Shown here: piece after piece, positions 38,850-48,381 of the stretch | How the letters are laid out: the number at the start of each line of letters is the position of its first letter | How positions within the stretch are numbered: the stretch's first letter is position 1 | Source of the DNA: Sphingomicrobium sp. | Lineage (GTDB): Bacteria; Pseudomonadota; Alphaproteobacteria; Sphingomonadales; Sphingomonadaceae | Direction of reading: 5' to 3' | NCBI GenBank assembly: GCA_035281125.1 | Contig: DATEEM010000085.1 | Location: 39,671-103,670, forward strand | DNA: 64,000 bases | Position numbers and translations under genes: made by a program | Notes under the pieces: generated by a model | What the model was told of the DNA's origin: nothing | The model's database searches: none | Seen by the model: only the letters and a program-made list of their open reading frames with translations

Positions 38850-39863
38850 TCAGCGGCGCCCGGCGGCGCGGGCGATTGAGAGAAGCTCTTCGCCCAGCGC
38901 CGCCTGTTCCGGCGCCGGAGTGAAAAACAGGTCCGTTTCGAGCTTCCCGGCGCGCTCCGCGACGGTGGCGAGACGCTTCGAATCCCATAGGGAAAGCATT
39001 TTCGAGACTATCGGTTTATCCTTCCAGAACAAGGACTTGCCGAGCGACGCCATGACGGCATCGAACGGTTCGCCCCGCTCGATTCGGGCCCGCGCCGGAG
39101 ACAGCTGAAGGACCCGCCGATGGAGCGCGCGGACGACCGGGATGCCCCCGGCGCCGGGCGGGAGATTGCTCAATTCCATGGCAAGATCGCCAACTCGACC
39201 GGACAAAGCGAGGTCCGCGAGGTGCAGCACCTCGCCCTCGGGCAGATCGGCGGCAATCGCGTCGATCGCGTCATGGTCGAGCTCCTTGGGCGATTGGGGG
39301 GATGCATCGACATAGAGCGCGAGCTTCTGCAGCTCCTGCGCGGCGATCGCCTGGTCGTTGGCGCACAGGCTCGCGAGCCGGGCGGCTACCGGGGCGCTGA
39401 CCTTTAGTCCGAACCGCCGGCCGACTTCGGCGACCATTTTTTCGGCTTCGGCGCCTTCCGGCACATAAGCGGCGAAGGCCAATGCCTCGGGGGAAGATTC
39501 CGCGAGCTTCAGCAATGCCGACGACTTGCGCAGAGACCCCGCGATGGCGACGACAGGGCTCTCGGGAGCAGGGCCCGCGAGGAGCGCCTCGACGCCGCCC
39601 GTGATCTCGTCTCCGGCGGGCTCGATCCATAGTGCGCGCTTGCCGCCGAACAGGCTCATTGCTCCGGCTTCGTCGGCGAGGAGCGCGGGATCGGCCTTCA
39701 CTGACCCCGCGGCGACTGCGAACTTCGCCGCGCCGAGCGCTTCCACTAGGCGACTGCCAAGCGCGCGGGCCTGAGCCTGGTCGGGACCGTGCAAAAGGTA
39801 GAAGCGCACGTGTCCCTCGGGCCGTTCGACCGCGCGGGCGATGCTTGCCTTGGACGCCTTCAC
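38850..39863 (-). CDS. holA: DNA polymerase III delta subunit
   Basis: YLLHGPD, SLFGG, ELQKLALY; lptE-leuS context. Confidence 0.88.
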   Translation of the reverse strand: MKASKASIARAVERPEGHVRFYLLHGPDQAQARALGSRLVEALGAAKFAVAAGSVKADPALLADEAGAMSLFGGKRALWIEPAGDEITGGVEALLAGPAPESPVVAIAGSLRKSSALLKLAESSPEALAFAAYVPEGAEAEKMVAEVGRRFGLKVSAPVAARLASLCANDQAIAAQELQKLALYVDASPQSPKELDHDAIDAIAADLPEGEVLHLADLALSGRVGDLAMELSNLPPGAGGIPVVRALHRRVLQLSPARARIERGEPFDAVMASLGKSLFWKDKPIVSKMLSLWDSKRLATVAERAGKLETDLFFTPAPEQAALGEELLSIARAAGRR

Positions 39864-40354
39864 GGCCTGGGCGCGGTCCGCGCCGCGTAGATTCCCAGCC
39901 GCGCGACGATCTGATCGGCGACAACGTCGGACAGCCGATCGACCGCGGTCTGCTCCGCGGCCACGGTTGCATATTCGGAGCTGACCACGTCGATCCCGGC
40001 ATCGGATCCCGCAGTCGCATCGAGCACGACCGCACCGGTGGCCAGGCTGACCAGCTGGTAGCGCGCACGGAGCGTCCGCCGCTCGCGTGTCACCGCCCGG
40101 TCGCCGCGAATCCCGAAGCCGGTGATATTGTCGTCCAAGGTTACGTCGAGCCGGTATTGAGGCGCACCGGCGCCGCTCTGCCCGAGCCGGTCGATCAGCT
40201 TGTTGCGCATCAACCAGCCGACCTGGCCGTCGATCGGGGCCACCTCGACGCTACGCAGTGTGGTGACCACCGTTCCGCCCGAACCGCCGCCGTACAGCGG
40301 GCGCAACCCGCACGAAGCCAGCATGAACGCGAGCAGGGTGACCGCGAGCCGCAT
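39860..40354 (-). CDS. lptE: LPS assembly lipoprotein LptE
   Basis: Lipobox LASC, GLRPLYG, SSEYAT; lies between leuS and holA. Confidence 0.9.
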   Translation of the reverse strand: MRLAVTLLAFMLASCGLRPLYGGGSGGTVVTTLRSVEVAPIDGQVGWLMRNKLIDRLGQSGAGAPQYRLDVTLDDNITGFGIRGDRAVTRERRTLRARYQLVSLATGAVVLDATAGSDAGIDVVSSEYATVAAEQTAVDRLSDVVADQIVARLGIYAARTAPRP

Positions 40355-42873
40355 CACGCCACGATATTCACCAGCCGGTCGGGAACCACAATGACCTTGC
40401 GTGGCGTGGTACCGGCGAGCTGCCGCTGGACCTTTTCGGACGCGAGCGCGAGCGCTTCGGCTTCCTCCTTCGGCAGCCCGCGCGGGGCGGTCAGCGTGTC
40501 GCGCAGCTTGCCATTGACCTGCACCGCCAGCGTGACCTGGTCGTCGATCAGCAGCGCCGGATCGAAGGTTGGCCACGGTGCACCCGTAACCATGCCTTCG
40601 CCGCCGAGCGCCGCCCAGGCCTCCTCGGCGAGGTGCGGCGCCATGGGGGAGATCAGGCGGATCAGCGCGCGGATGGCGTCGCCACGGTCGGCCGACGGCT
40701 GCGCTTTCTCGATCGCGGTCACGAGTTCGTAGAGCTGCGCGACGCCCTTGTTGAATTGCAGCGCGTCGATCGCCGAACCCACGCCGGCGATGGTCCGGTG
40801 AAGCTTGCGCCGAAGGCCTTCGTCGGAGCCATCGCCGCCGCTGTTGCTGCTAGCCAGTCGCCACACGCGCTGGACGAAGCGCGACGCGCCCTCGATTCCC
40901 GCTTCCGACCATTCGAGATCGCGCTCCGGCGGGCTGTCCGACAGCATGAACCAGCGCACCGCGTCGGCGCCATATTTGGCAAGGATCGGTTCGGGATCGA
41001 TCGTATTGCGCTTCGACTTGGACATCTTCTCGACCCGGCCGGGGGTCACCGCCTGTCCGCTGTGGATATGGATCCAATCGTCGCCATCGCGGCGGACTTC
41101 GTCGGGCGACAGCCAGCTACCGTCGGCCGCCTGATAGGTTTCGTGAGTTACCATCCCTTGCGTGAACAGGCCGTCGAAAGGTTCGGTCACGCTGATCTTG
41201 CCGAGATGCTGGAGCGCGCGCGTCCAGAAACGCGCGTAGAGCAGGTGCAGGATGGCGTGCTCGACGCCGCCGATATACTGCGCGACCGGCAGCCATTGCT
41301 CGGCCTCCGCACGATCGAACGGCTGGTCCGCCGGCTGGCTCGCGAAGCGGATGAAGTACCAGGCCGAATCGACGAACGTGTCGAGCGTGTCGGTCTCGCG
41401 CACCCCCTCGCCGCCGCAGCGCGGGCAGGCGACATGCTTCCAGCTCGGATGCCGGTCGAGCGGGTTGCCCGGCGTTTCGAAATCAATGTCGTCGGGGAGC
41501 ACGACCGGGAGATCGCTTTTCGGCACGGCGACCGCGCCGCACGTGCCGCAGTGGATGATCGGGATCGGCGTGCCCCAGTAGCGCTGCCGCGACACGCCCC
41601 AGTCGCGCAGCCGGTACTGGATCGTGCCCTTGCCCCAGCCCTGCTCTTCGGCGCGGCGGATGACGTCGGCGATCGCCTGCTCGGTCGTGAGGCCGTCGAG
41701 AAAGCGCGAATTGACCGTCACGCCCGTGATGACGTCTGCTTCGCCGATCACCGGAAGCCCGGCGTCTTCGACGCTCGCGGCGACCACCCGCCGGATCGGC
41801 AGGCGGTAGTTGGTCGCGAACTCGAAGTCGCGCTGGTCGTGCCCCGGCGAGCCGAAAATCGCGCCGGTGCCGTAGTCCATCAGCACGAAGTTCGCGATGT
41901 AGAGCGGGACCCGCAGCTCGGGATCGAGCGGGTGAATCGCTTCGACCGCCGTACGAAAACCCTTCTTCTCCGCCGCTTCGATGTCGGCCAGGCTGGTTCC
42001 GCCGCGCCGGCATTCGGCGATGAAGTCCGCCGCCGCCGCGTCGGTCTCGGCGATCGCCTGGGCGATGGGATGACCCGCGGCGATGGCGACGAAGCTCGCG
42101 CCGAAAATCGTGTCGGGCCGAGTGGTGAAGACCTCCACGTCCTCGATCGCGCCGATCGCGCTGGCGAGGCGGAAGCGGAACTGCAGACCGCGGCTCTTGC
42201 CGATCCAGTTTTCCTGCATCAGCCGGACCTTTTCCGGCCAATGCTCGAGGCCGGCCAAGCCTTCGAGCAGTTCGTCCGCGAAATCGGTGATCTTGAGGAA
42301 CCACTGGGCGAGCTTGCGCCGCTCGACCGGGGCGCCCGAGCGCCAGCCCCGCCCGTCGATCACCTGCTCGTTGGCGAGCACGGTCATGTCGACCGGATCC
42401 CAGTTGACCTCGCTTTCCTTGCGATTGACGAGGCCCGCTTCGAACAGGTCGAGGAACAGCGCCTGCTCCTGGCCGTAATAGGCCGGGTCGCAGGTCGCGA
42501 ACTCGCGGCTCCAGTCGAGCGCGAAACCGAGCCGCTTGAGCTGGCCGCGCATCACATCGATGTTGTGCCAGGTCCATTCCCCGGGGTGGACCTTGCGCTC
42601 CATCGCCGCATTTTCCGCCGGCATGCCGAAGGCGTCCCAGCCCATCGGATGAAGCACTTCGTGGCCCTGCATCCGCCGGTAGCGCGCGATCACGTCGCCC
42701 ATCGTGTAGTTGCGGACATGGCCCATATGGATGCGCCCCGAAGGATAGGGGAACATCTCGAGGACATAGGTCTTGGGCTTCGCGCTGGTGCTGTCGGCAA
42801 CGAAGCAGCGCTGCTCTTCCCAGCGCGCCTGCCAGCGGCGGTCCGCTTCGCTCGGGTCAAAACGCCCGGTCAT
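40354..42873 (-). CDS. leuS: Leucine--tRNA ligase
   Basis: [33 protein letters not shown]. Confidence 0.98.
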   Translation of the reverse strand: MTGRFDPSEADRRWQARWEEQRCFVADSTSAKPKTYVLEMFPYPSGRIHMGHVRNYTMGDVIARYRRMQGHEVLHPMGWDAFGMPAENAAMERKVHPGEWTWHNIDVMRGQLKRLGFALDWSREFATCDPAYYGQEQALFLDLFEAGLVNRKESEVNWDPVDMTVLANEQVIDGRGWRSGAPVERRKLAQWFLKITDFADELLEGLAGLEHWPEKVRLMQENWIGKSRGLQFRFRLASAIGAIEDVEVFTTRPDTIFGASFVAIAAGHPIAQAIAETDAAAADFIAECRRGGTSLADIEAAEKKGFRTAVEAIHPLDPELRVPLYIANFVLMDYGTGAIFGSPGHDQRDFEFATNYRLPIRRVVAASVEDAGLPVIGEADVITGVTVNSRFLDGLTTEQAIADVIRRAEEQGWGKGTIQYRLRDWGVSRQRYWGTPIPIIHCGTCGAVAVPKSDLPVVLPDDIDFETPGNPLDRHPSWKHVACPRCGGEGVRETDTLDTFVDSAWYFIRFASQPADQPFDRAEAEQWLPVAQYIGGVEHAILHLLYARFWTRALQHLGKISVTEPFDGLFTQGMVTHETYQAADGSWLSPDEVRRDGDDWIHIHSGQAVTPGRVEKMSKSKRNTIDPEPILAKYGADAVRWFMLSDSPPERDLEWSEAGIEGASRFVQRVWRLASSNSGGDGSDEGLRRKLHRTIAGVGSAIDALQFNKGVAQLYELVTAIEKAQPSADRGDAIRALIRLISPMAPHLAEEAWAALGGEGMVTGAPWPTFDPALLIDDQVTLAVQVNGKLRDTLTAPRGLPKEEAEALALASEKVQRQLAGTTPRKVIVVPDRLVNIVA

Positions 42874-42882
42874 TTCAATAGC

Positions 42883-43317
42883 TTAGCCCCGAACAGCTGC
42901 GCGGCGCAGGTCGCGGGCCCTCGTCAGGATGATGTCCTCGAGCTTCTGGACCGTGGCAGCCGCGACCGGCGCGTCGACCCATCCGCCGTTCTGATAGACT
43001 TGGCGTGACGCCGCTACCCGCAGTGCGTCGGCGCGAAGGTCCTGGTCGAGGATCGACACGGTGAGCTTGACCCGTTCGCCCGGCGCCTTGGGGTTGGCGT
43101 ACCAATCGGTGATGATCACGCCGCCGTTCGCATCGGCCTGGAGCAAGGGCGCGAACGAGACGGTGTCGACCGCCGCGCGCCACAAATAGCTGTTCACGCC
43201 GATGGTCGAGATCCGGGACGGCGCGAGCTGCGAGGGGAGGTTGCGGTTGCGCGCGCAGCCCGACGTCGCCAGCGTCACGACGATCAGTGCGGCAGCGGCG
43301 GTTCGAAGGCGAAGCAT
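42883..43317 (-). CDS. DUF3576 family lipoprotein
   Basis: Lipobox TSGC, IGVNSYLWRAAVDT, GGVIITDWY, ERVKLTV. Confidence 0.85.
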   Translation of the reverse strand: MLRLRTAAAALIVVTLATSGCARNRNLPSQLAPSRISTIGVNSYLWRAAVDTVSFAPLLQADANGGVIITDWYANPKAPGERVKLTVSILDQDLRADALRVAASRQVYQNGGWVDAPVAAATVQKLEDIILTRARDLRRAAVRG

Positions 43318-43507
43318 TGGCGATCCTTGGAAGAGCGGGAATCCGGTGATGGCCGCGTTATAGATGGTCGAAAGGCTCCCGCAAGCTTGTCCTCTCGACA
43401 AGGCCGATTGTGTTGAGTCGGCAACAGGCTGCGGAGGAATCGACTCCGCTCATGGAACCTTCAGGTCCGAATGGCTATATCGACTCGCGAACAGGGAGTT
43501 GTGCGAT

Positions 43508-44218
43508 TTGTTAACGGTTCGCAGATCGAAGGGAGCCAAGCTGGTTGCGGCGATTGCCGCGGCCGGTCTCGCGCTGCCGCCGGCGATCGCCGCGAACTCG
43601 GCGCCGGCGAAGAAGCGGCCGCCGGCCATCGCCGTCTCTTTCGACCCGATTTCGTCGTTCACCCCGGCCAACGCCGATCCCCGACTCGCGGCGGCGTTCG
43701 CCAACAAGCCGCTGTCGCTGACGGATTTCAAGTTCACCCCGGCCGCCGCCAAGGGCCGTCCATCGCAGCTTCGAGTCGCAATTCGCGCCCCGGCGCGGGC
43801 CCAGTCGCTAGGCGTGGCCGCTGCGCCGAGCATGACCGCGCTCACCCCGACGAGCTATAATCTGGGCGTGGCGATCGGCTGGCGCCGCTTCGCCGTGTCC
43901 GGGGACGTGTCAAAGGTGCGGAACATCGATCCGGCACTGGGCGGGCGCGAAACGGCCGTGGTCGGCGTCAGCTACTCGCTGAAGCGCTTCACCGGGCGCG
44001 TCGCGGTCGGCGCCGACCGGACCGACGGGCAGCCCCTTCCGGCGCTGCGCAAGGGCGACAATTATTCGGTCGACGTCGGCGGATCCTATTCCCTGTCCAG
44101 GCGCGTCGCCCTGACCGGCGGGGTTCGCTACGAGATCGACCGCGACCGGGCCGACCCACTCAAGGATGAGCGGCGCGATAACCAGGCGGTCTACATCGGC
44201 ACCGCGTTCAAGTTCTGA
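43508..44218 (+). CDS. Small outer-membrane beta-barrel (porin-like) hypothetical protein; start uncertain
   Basis: Signal-like segment, amphipathic strands, C-terminal YIGTAFKF signature; TTG start with GGGAG RBS. Confidence 0.65.
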   Translation: MLTVRRSKGAKLVAAIAAAGLALPPAIAANSAPAKKRPPAIAVSFDPISSFTPANADPRLAAAFANKPLSLTDFKFTPAAAKGRPSQLRVAIRAPARAQSLGVAAAPSMTALTPTSYNLGVAIGWRRFAVSGDVSKVRNIDPALGGRETAVVGVSYSLKRFTGRVAVGADRTDGQPLPALRKGDNYSVDVGGSYSLSRRVALTGGVRYEIDRDRADPLKDERRDNQAVYIGTAFKF

Positions 44219-44296
44219 GCCCGCGACAGCCGGCAATTTGTGACGTTCCGTGACCGATCTGGCGGCCCGTCGTCGCGCTTCCTATAGCGCGAGGCG

Positions 44297-44956
44297 ATGA
44301 CGCCCGCCGCCGATCGTTTGCTACGAATCCAGGCCGCAATCGCCCGAGCGGCCGAAATCGCCCGACGCGATCCCGCGGAAGTCCAGCTGATCGCCGTGAG
44401 CAAGGGGCGCTCGGCGGACGAGATCGCAGAGCTGATCGCCGCCGGCCAGCGCGACTTCGGCGAAAGCCGGGTGCAGGAGGCTGAGGCGAAGTGGCCCGAC
44501 TTGCTGGCGCGCCACTCCGGGATACGACTTCACGGGATCGGCAGGCTTCAGTCCAACAAGGCCGCGGCTGCGGTCGCGCTGTTCGACGCGGTTCATTCGC
44601 TCGACCGGCTCTCGCTGCTGGACGTGCTGGCGAAAGAGGCGACGGGGGCCAATCGCTTTCCGGCGGTCTATGTGCAGGTCAACATCGGTGAGGAGGAGCA
44701 GAAGGGCGGCTGCGCGATCGACGATGTCGGCGCGCTCGTCGCGGCGGTCCGCGCGTCCCCCCTGCCGCTTGCCGGCTTGATGGCCATCCCGCCGCTGGGC
44801 GTCGAGCCTGCGCCCTATTTCGCGCTGCTGGGCAAGCTTGCGCGGCGCCATGACGTCACCGGCCTGAGCATTGGAATGTCGGGGGATTTCGAGGCGGCAA
44901 TCATGCTCGGCGCGACCGCGGTCCGGGTCGGAACCGCGCTGTTCGAGGACTCATGA
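44297..44956 (+). CDS. yggS: PLP homeostasis protein YggS
   Basis: LIAVSK, FGESRVQE, HGIGRLQSNK, GLMAIPP, SIGMSGD, VRVGTALF. Confidence 0.93.
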   Translation: MTPAADRLLRIQAAIARAAEIARRDPAEVQLIAVSKGRSADEIAELIAAGQRDFGESRVQEAEAKWPDLLARHSGIRLHGIGRLQSNKAAAAVALFDAVHSLDRLSLLDVLAKEATGANRFPAVYVQVNIGEEEQKGGCAIDDVGALVAAVRASPLPLAGLMAIPPLGVEPAPYFALLGKLARRHDVTGLSIGMSGDFEAAIMLGATAVRVGTALFEDS

Positions 44957-45633
44957 TCGCTTTCGACGCCATCATCTTCGACTTCGACGGCGTGCTCCTG
45001 GAGAGCGAGTTCGAGGGCAACCGGATGCTCGCGGAGCTTCTCACCGACCTCGGCCACCGCCATAGCGTCGAAGACGCGCTGGAACATTATGTGGGGCTCG
45101 CCGGCCCGCAATTCCTCGCGGCCATCGAGGCGCGGATCGGCGCTCCGCTTCCGCCCGAGTTCCTCGAACGGCGCAAGGCGCAGACCGTGCATGCGCTGAA
45201 GGAGGGCGTCCGAGCGGTAGTTGGGGCCGTCGACTTCGTCCGGTCGCTGCCACCGAGCCTGCCGATCGCGGTCGCCTCGTCGAGTTCCATGCGGTGGCTC
45301 CGCGGTCACCTCGACCATCTCGGCCTGGCCGATGCGTTCGGCGAGCATGTGTACAGCGGACGCGAGCACGTCGCCCGGACCAAGCCCGCTCCGGATCTTT
45401 ATCTGCACGCGGCTGATCGCCTCGGCGTGGACATCGTGCGGACCGTGATCCTCGAGGATTCTCCGATCGGCGCGACGGGCGCGCTCGCGTCGGGAGCAAC
45501 CGTCATCGGCCTCGCTGCCGGAGCGCACTGCCTCGACGGCCACGCCGACCGGCTGCGCAGTCTTGGCGTCAACCATGTCGCGGTGAATTTCGATGAGGTT
45601 CGGAGCCTGCTCGGATTCGATCAGATCAAGTGA
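44953..45633 (+). CDS. HAD-IA family phosphatase
   Basis: [26 protein letters not shown]. Confidence 0.9.
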   Translation: MIAFDAIIFDFDGVLLESEFEGNRMLAELLTDLGHRHSVEDALEHYVGLAGPQFLAAIEARIGAPLPPEFLERRKAQTVHALKEGVRAVVGAVDFVRSLPPSLPIAVASSSSMRWLRGHLDHLGLADAFGEHVYSGREHVARTKPAPDLYLHAADRLGVDIVRTVILEDSPIGATGALASGATVIGLAAGAHCLDGHADRLRSLGVNHVAVNFDEVRSLLGFDQIK

Positions 45634-46679
45634 CCGCTCTTCTTGCGCTTGGTCGCGAGATAATCGGCGTTGTGCGGGTTGGCCGGCATCTGGTGCGGCA
45701 CCCGTCCAACCACCCTGATGTCCGCGGCCTCCAGCCCTTCGACCTTGGCCGGATTGTTGGTCAGCAGTCGGACCTGGTCGATGCCGAGGGCTCTGAGGAT
45801 CGCCGCGGCATGGGCGTAATCGCGTTCGTCGTCGTCGAAGCCGAGCCGGCGGTTGGAGTCTACCGTATCTAGGCCGCGGTCCTGAAGGGCGTATGCGCGA
45901 AGCTTGTTGGCAAGGCCGATTCCGCGCCCCTCTTGCCGCAGGTACAGGAGGACGCCACCGCCCTCGGCGCCGATGATCCGGAGTGATTCCCTGAGCTGGG
46001 GCCCGCAGTCGCATTTGAGCGATCCGAAGACGTCTCCGGTCAGGCATTCGCTGTGAAGGCGGACGAGCGGCGGCTCACCGGAGAAGGCGCCGACGATGAG
46101 CGCGACATGTTCCTGTCCGTCGTCCGACGCGCGGAAGGCGACGATCTGGGCATCGGCCAGGCCGTCCAGCGGCAGCCGGGCCCGCGCCACCAGCGCGACA
46201 TCGGGCGAGCGCCGCTCGCGTTCGATGTCGTCGGCGGACACCGAAACGAGGCCTTGCTGCTCGTTGACGATCCACAAGGCGGGAAGCAGGCCTGCCGAGC
46301 GGGCGAGTCCAAGTGCGGCCTGGGCCGCGGACGGGAAAGCGATTGGTAACGGTTGCATCGGCCCGGCCGGCGCGCGTTCGAAATCTCTTCCCGGGTCGGC
46401 GATCGCAAGGGCGGTTGCGGCGTCCAGCCAGGACGCGCGCTCGATCAGCACGGGCGCCGCGGGGTCGGCGGCCTCGCGCTCGTTGGCGAGGGCCAGGGCA
46501 GCGGCGCGTTGCCCCGTGATCAGCAGGGGCGCTCGACGATCGGCGTCGATGAGATCAAGCAGCTCGGGCGAAGTGGTCTCGACCGCGGCGGCCGCGATCG
46601 GCTTGGCGCCGACGATCCGGACCGGTCGGCCGGCGCGCAGTGCGGCGATCGCTCGGCGAATTGCGCTCGGGTGACTCAA
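45621..46679 (-). CDS. ribA: GTP cyclohydrolase II with a degenerate N-terminal domain
   Basis: [35 protein letters not shown]; TTG start overlapping the xth stop (TTGA). Confidence 0.9.
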   Translation of the reverse strand: MSHPSAIRRAIAALRAGRPVRIVGAKPIAAAAVETTSPELLDLIDADRRAPLLITGQRAAALALANEREAADPAAPVLIERASWLDAATALAIADPGRDFERAPAGPMQPLPIAFPSAAQAALGLARSAGLLPALWIVNEQQGLVSVSADDIERERRSPDVALVARARLPLDGLADAQIVAFRASDDGQEHVALIVGAFSGEPPLVRLHSECLTGDVFGSLKCDCGPQLRESLRIIGAEGGGVLLYLRQEGRGIGLANKLRAYALQDRGLDTVDSNRRLGFDDDERDYAHAAAILRALGIDQVRLLTNNPAKVEGLEAADIRVVGRVPHQMPANPHNADYLATKRKKSGHLI

Positions 46680-47467
46680 GCGTCGACCTCGAGGACCAGC
46701 GGCACGTGGTCCGACGGCCGCTCCCAGGATCGGCACGGCTCGAGCACCTGGTGGCCGACGAGATGCGCCGCAAGCTCGGGCGACGCCCACATATGGTCGA
46801 GCCTGCGGCCGCGGTCGTTCTTGGTCCAGTCCGGCGAGCGATAGCTCCACCAGGTGAAACAGCGTTCGGGGGCGGGCACGAACTTGCGCCCGATGTCGAT
46901 CCAGCCGTGCGCCTGTTGCAGGCGGGTCAGGGCTCTGACCTCGACCGGTGTGTGGCTGACGACCTTGAGCAACGCCTTATGGCTCCAAACGTCGCATTCC
47001 AGCGGCGCGACGTTGAAGTCGCCGACGATGATCGTCGGCTCTTTCAGTCTCTCCGACCACCGCGTCATCCGCTCGATGAAATCGAGCTTCTGGCCGAACT
47101 TTCGGTTCTGCTCGCGATCCGGGATGTCGCCGCCGGCGGGCACATAGACATTCTCCAGACGAATCCCGCATTCGAGGCGGACGCCGACGTGACGTGCCTC
47201 GCCATTGTCCTGCCAATCGTGCTTGCCCGGATCCCTCAAGGGCACCCGGCTGAGGATGGCGACGCCGTGGTGCATGCGCTGGCCGTTCAACTGCCGGTGC
47301 CGGTAGCCATGCTTGTGAAACATCTCGCTCGGGAAAATTCCGTCGAGGACCTTGGTTTCCTGGAGGCACAGGATGTCGGGTTGCTGTTCGGTGATCAGCC
47401 GCTCGACGAGCCCCGTCCGGGCGCGGACCGAGTTAATGTTCCAGGATGCGATCTTCAGCCTTGTCAC
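46676..47467 (-). CDS. xth: Exodeoxyribonuclease III
   Basis: [36 protein letters not shown]. Confidence 0.95.
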   Translation of the reverse strand: MTRLKIASWNINSVRARTGLVERLITEQQPDILCLQETKVLDGIFPSEMFHKHGYRHRQLNGQRMHHGVAILSRVPLRDPGKHDWQDNGEARHVGVRLECGIRLENVYVPAGGDIPDREQNRKFGQKLDFIERMTRWSERLKEPTIIVGDFNVAPLECDVWSHKALLKVVSHTPVEVRALTRLQQAHGWIDIGRKFVPAPERCFTWWSYRSPDWTKNDRGRRLDHMWASPELAAHLVGHQVLEPCRSWERPSDHVPLVLEVDA

Positions 47468-47501
47468 AATCGCCCGCTTAGCCTCGTCCCCGACCGCTCG
47501 C

Positions 47502-47541
47502 AAAGAAAAGGCCCCCGCTCCGGGGGCATGGAGCGAGGGCC
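47502..47541 (-). terminator. Intrinsic terminator between lolA and xth
   Basis: GGCCCTCGCTCC-ATGCCCCC-GGAGCGGGGGCC-TTTTCTTT. Confidence 0.85.
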
Positions 47542-47611
47542 ACCTAGCGTTCGTCACGCAAGGGATCCTGCGGACCCCGGGTAACAGGGGGAAACCCCGG
47601 GCAATTGCAGA
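47502..47611 (-). ncRNA. Candidate structured small RNA with C-rich hairpin loops and an intrinsic terminator
   Basis: Hairpin CCCGGG-GTTTCCCCCTGTTA-CCCGGG; 12-bp terminator hairpin with loop ATGCCCCC and TTTTCTTT tail; TAGAAT -10-like element at 47623-47618. Confidence 0.45.
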
Positions 47612-47679
47612 ATCGAAATTCTATGTAGGAAGCCGCGCCTGAAATTGCGATGAACAGGTCGCAATATGAAACTTTTTCT

Positions 47680-48297
47680 TCAGCGGCGGCGCTTCTTCGG
47701 TTCGGCGTAGGTGAAGGCGCGGTCCGCCACGGCGACATTGTAGCGCACGTTCGATAGCGTGACCTTGGTGCGCTTGTTCTGCGCGTCGATCGCGGTCCAG
47801 CCATACAGTTGCAGCCCGCCGGGCGCCGAGGGCGACCGAAGGAACGCCAGGATCAGCGTTCCGAACTCGGGGTGGTTGTTGTCCCTCGCCCGGATCACGA
47901 GAATTCGCTTGTCGGGATTTTCCTGAACCCTGGCGATGCGCCCGAGGTCCGGGTTGGCCGAGAGCAGGATTCCAAGCGGAGTCTTGTTGAGGTCCCAGCT
48001 CGACTTCTGCCCGACCGTATAATCGAGGAACACGAGCTTGCCGCCTGCGCCGACCAGCAGCAGGTCGCCGCTGCCATATTGGAAGCGGATCCGGCCGGGC
48101 CGCTTCAATTGCAGCGTGCCGGCCGCCGACCGATTCTTGGCGTCGGTCTGGACGAAGTTGGCGGTCATCGTATCGACCGAAGTGATGTGCGCCCGGACCT
48201 TGGCGAGGTCGGCGTTTTCTGCGGCCGCGGCAGGTCCGGCGGCGACGATGAGCGCGGCCGGCATCAGCGCGCGCGCCAGGCTTGTGGAAAACGGCAT
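47680..48297 (-). CDS. lolA: Outer-membrane lipoprotein carrier LolA
   Basis: Signal peptide, ANFVQ, LKRPGRIRFQY, TPLGILL; downstream of ftsK. Confidence 0.9.
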   Translation of the reverse strand: MPFSTSLARALMPAALIVAAGPAAAAENADLAKVRAHITSVDTMTANFVQTDAKNRSAAGTLQLKRPGRIRFQYGSGDLLLVGAGGKLVFLDYTVGQKSSWDLNKTPLGILLSANPDLGRIARVQENPDKRILVIRARDNNHPEFGTLILAFLRSPSAPGGLQLYGWTAIDAQNKRTKVTLSNVRYNVAVADRAFTYAEPKKRRR

Positions 48298-48381
48298 TCG
48301 ATACGCTCCTGAAATGTTGGCCCGAGACTGGCGTTTCGCGATTGAATGCGCTCTGAACCCGGTGGTTCCGTTCCGTTCAGC

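Noticed and set aside
40633-43008. 791-aa + strand ORF
   Set aside because: Antisense shadow of leuS; high-GC codon artefact with no recognizable motifs
43500-43515. TTAAC near the porin-like gene as a CtrA site
   Set aside because: Single half-site with no partner at N7 spacing, and probably inside the CDS
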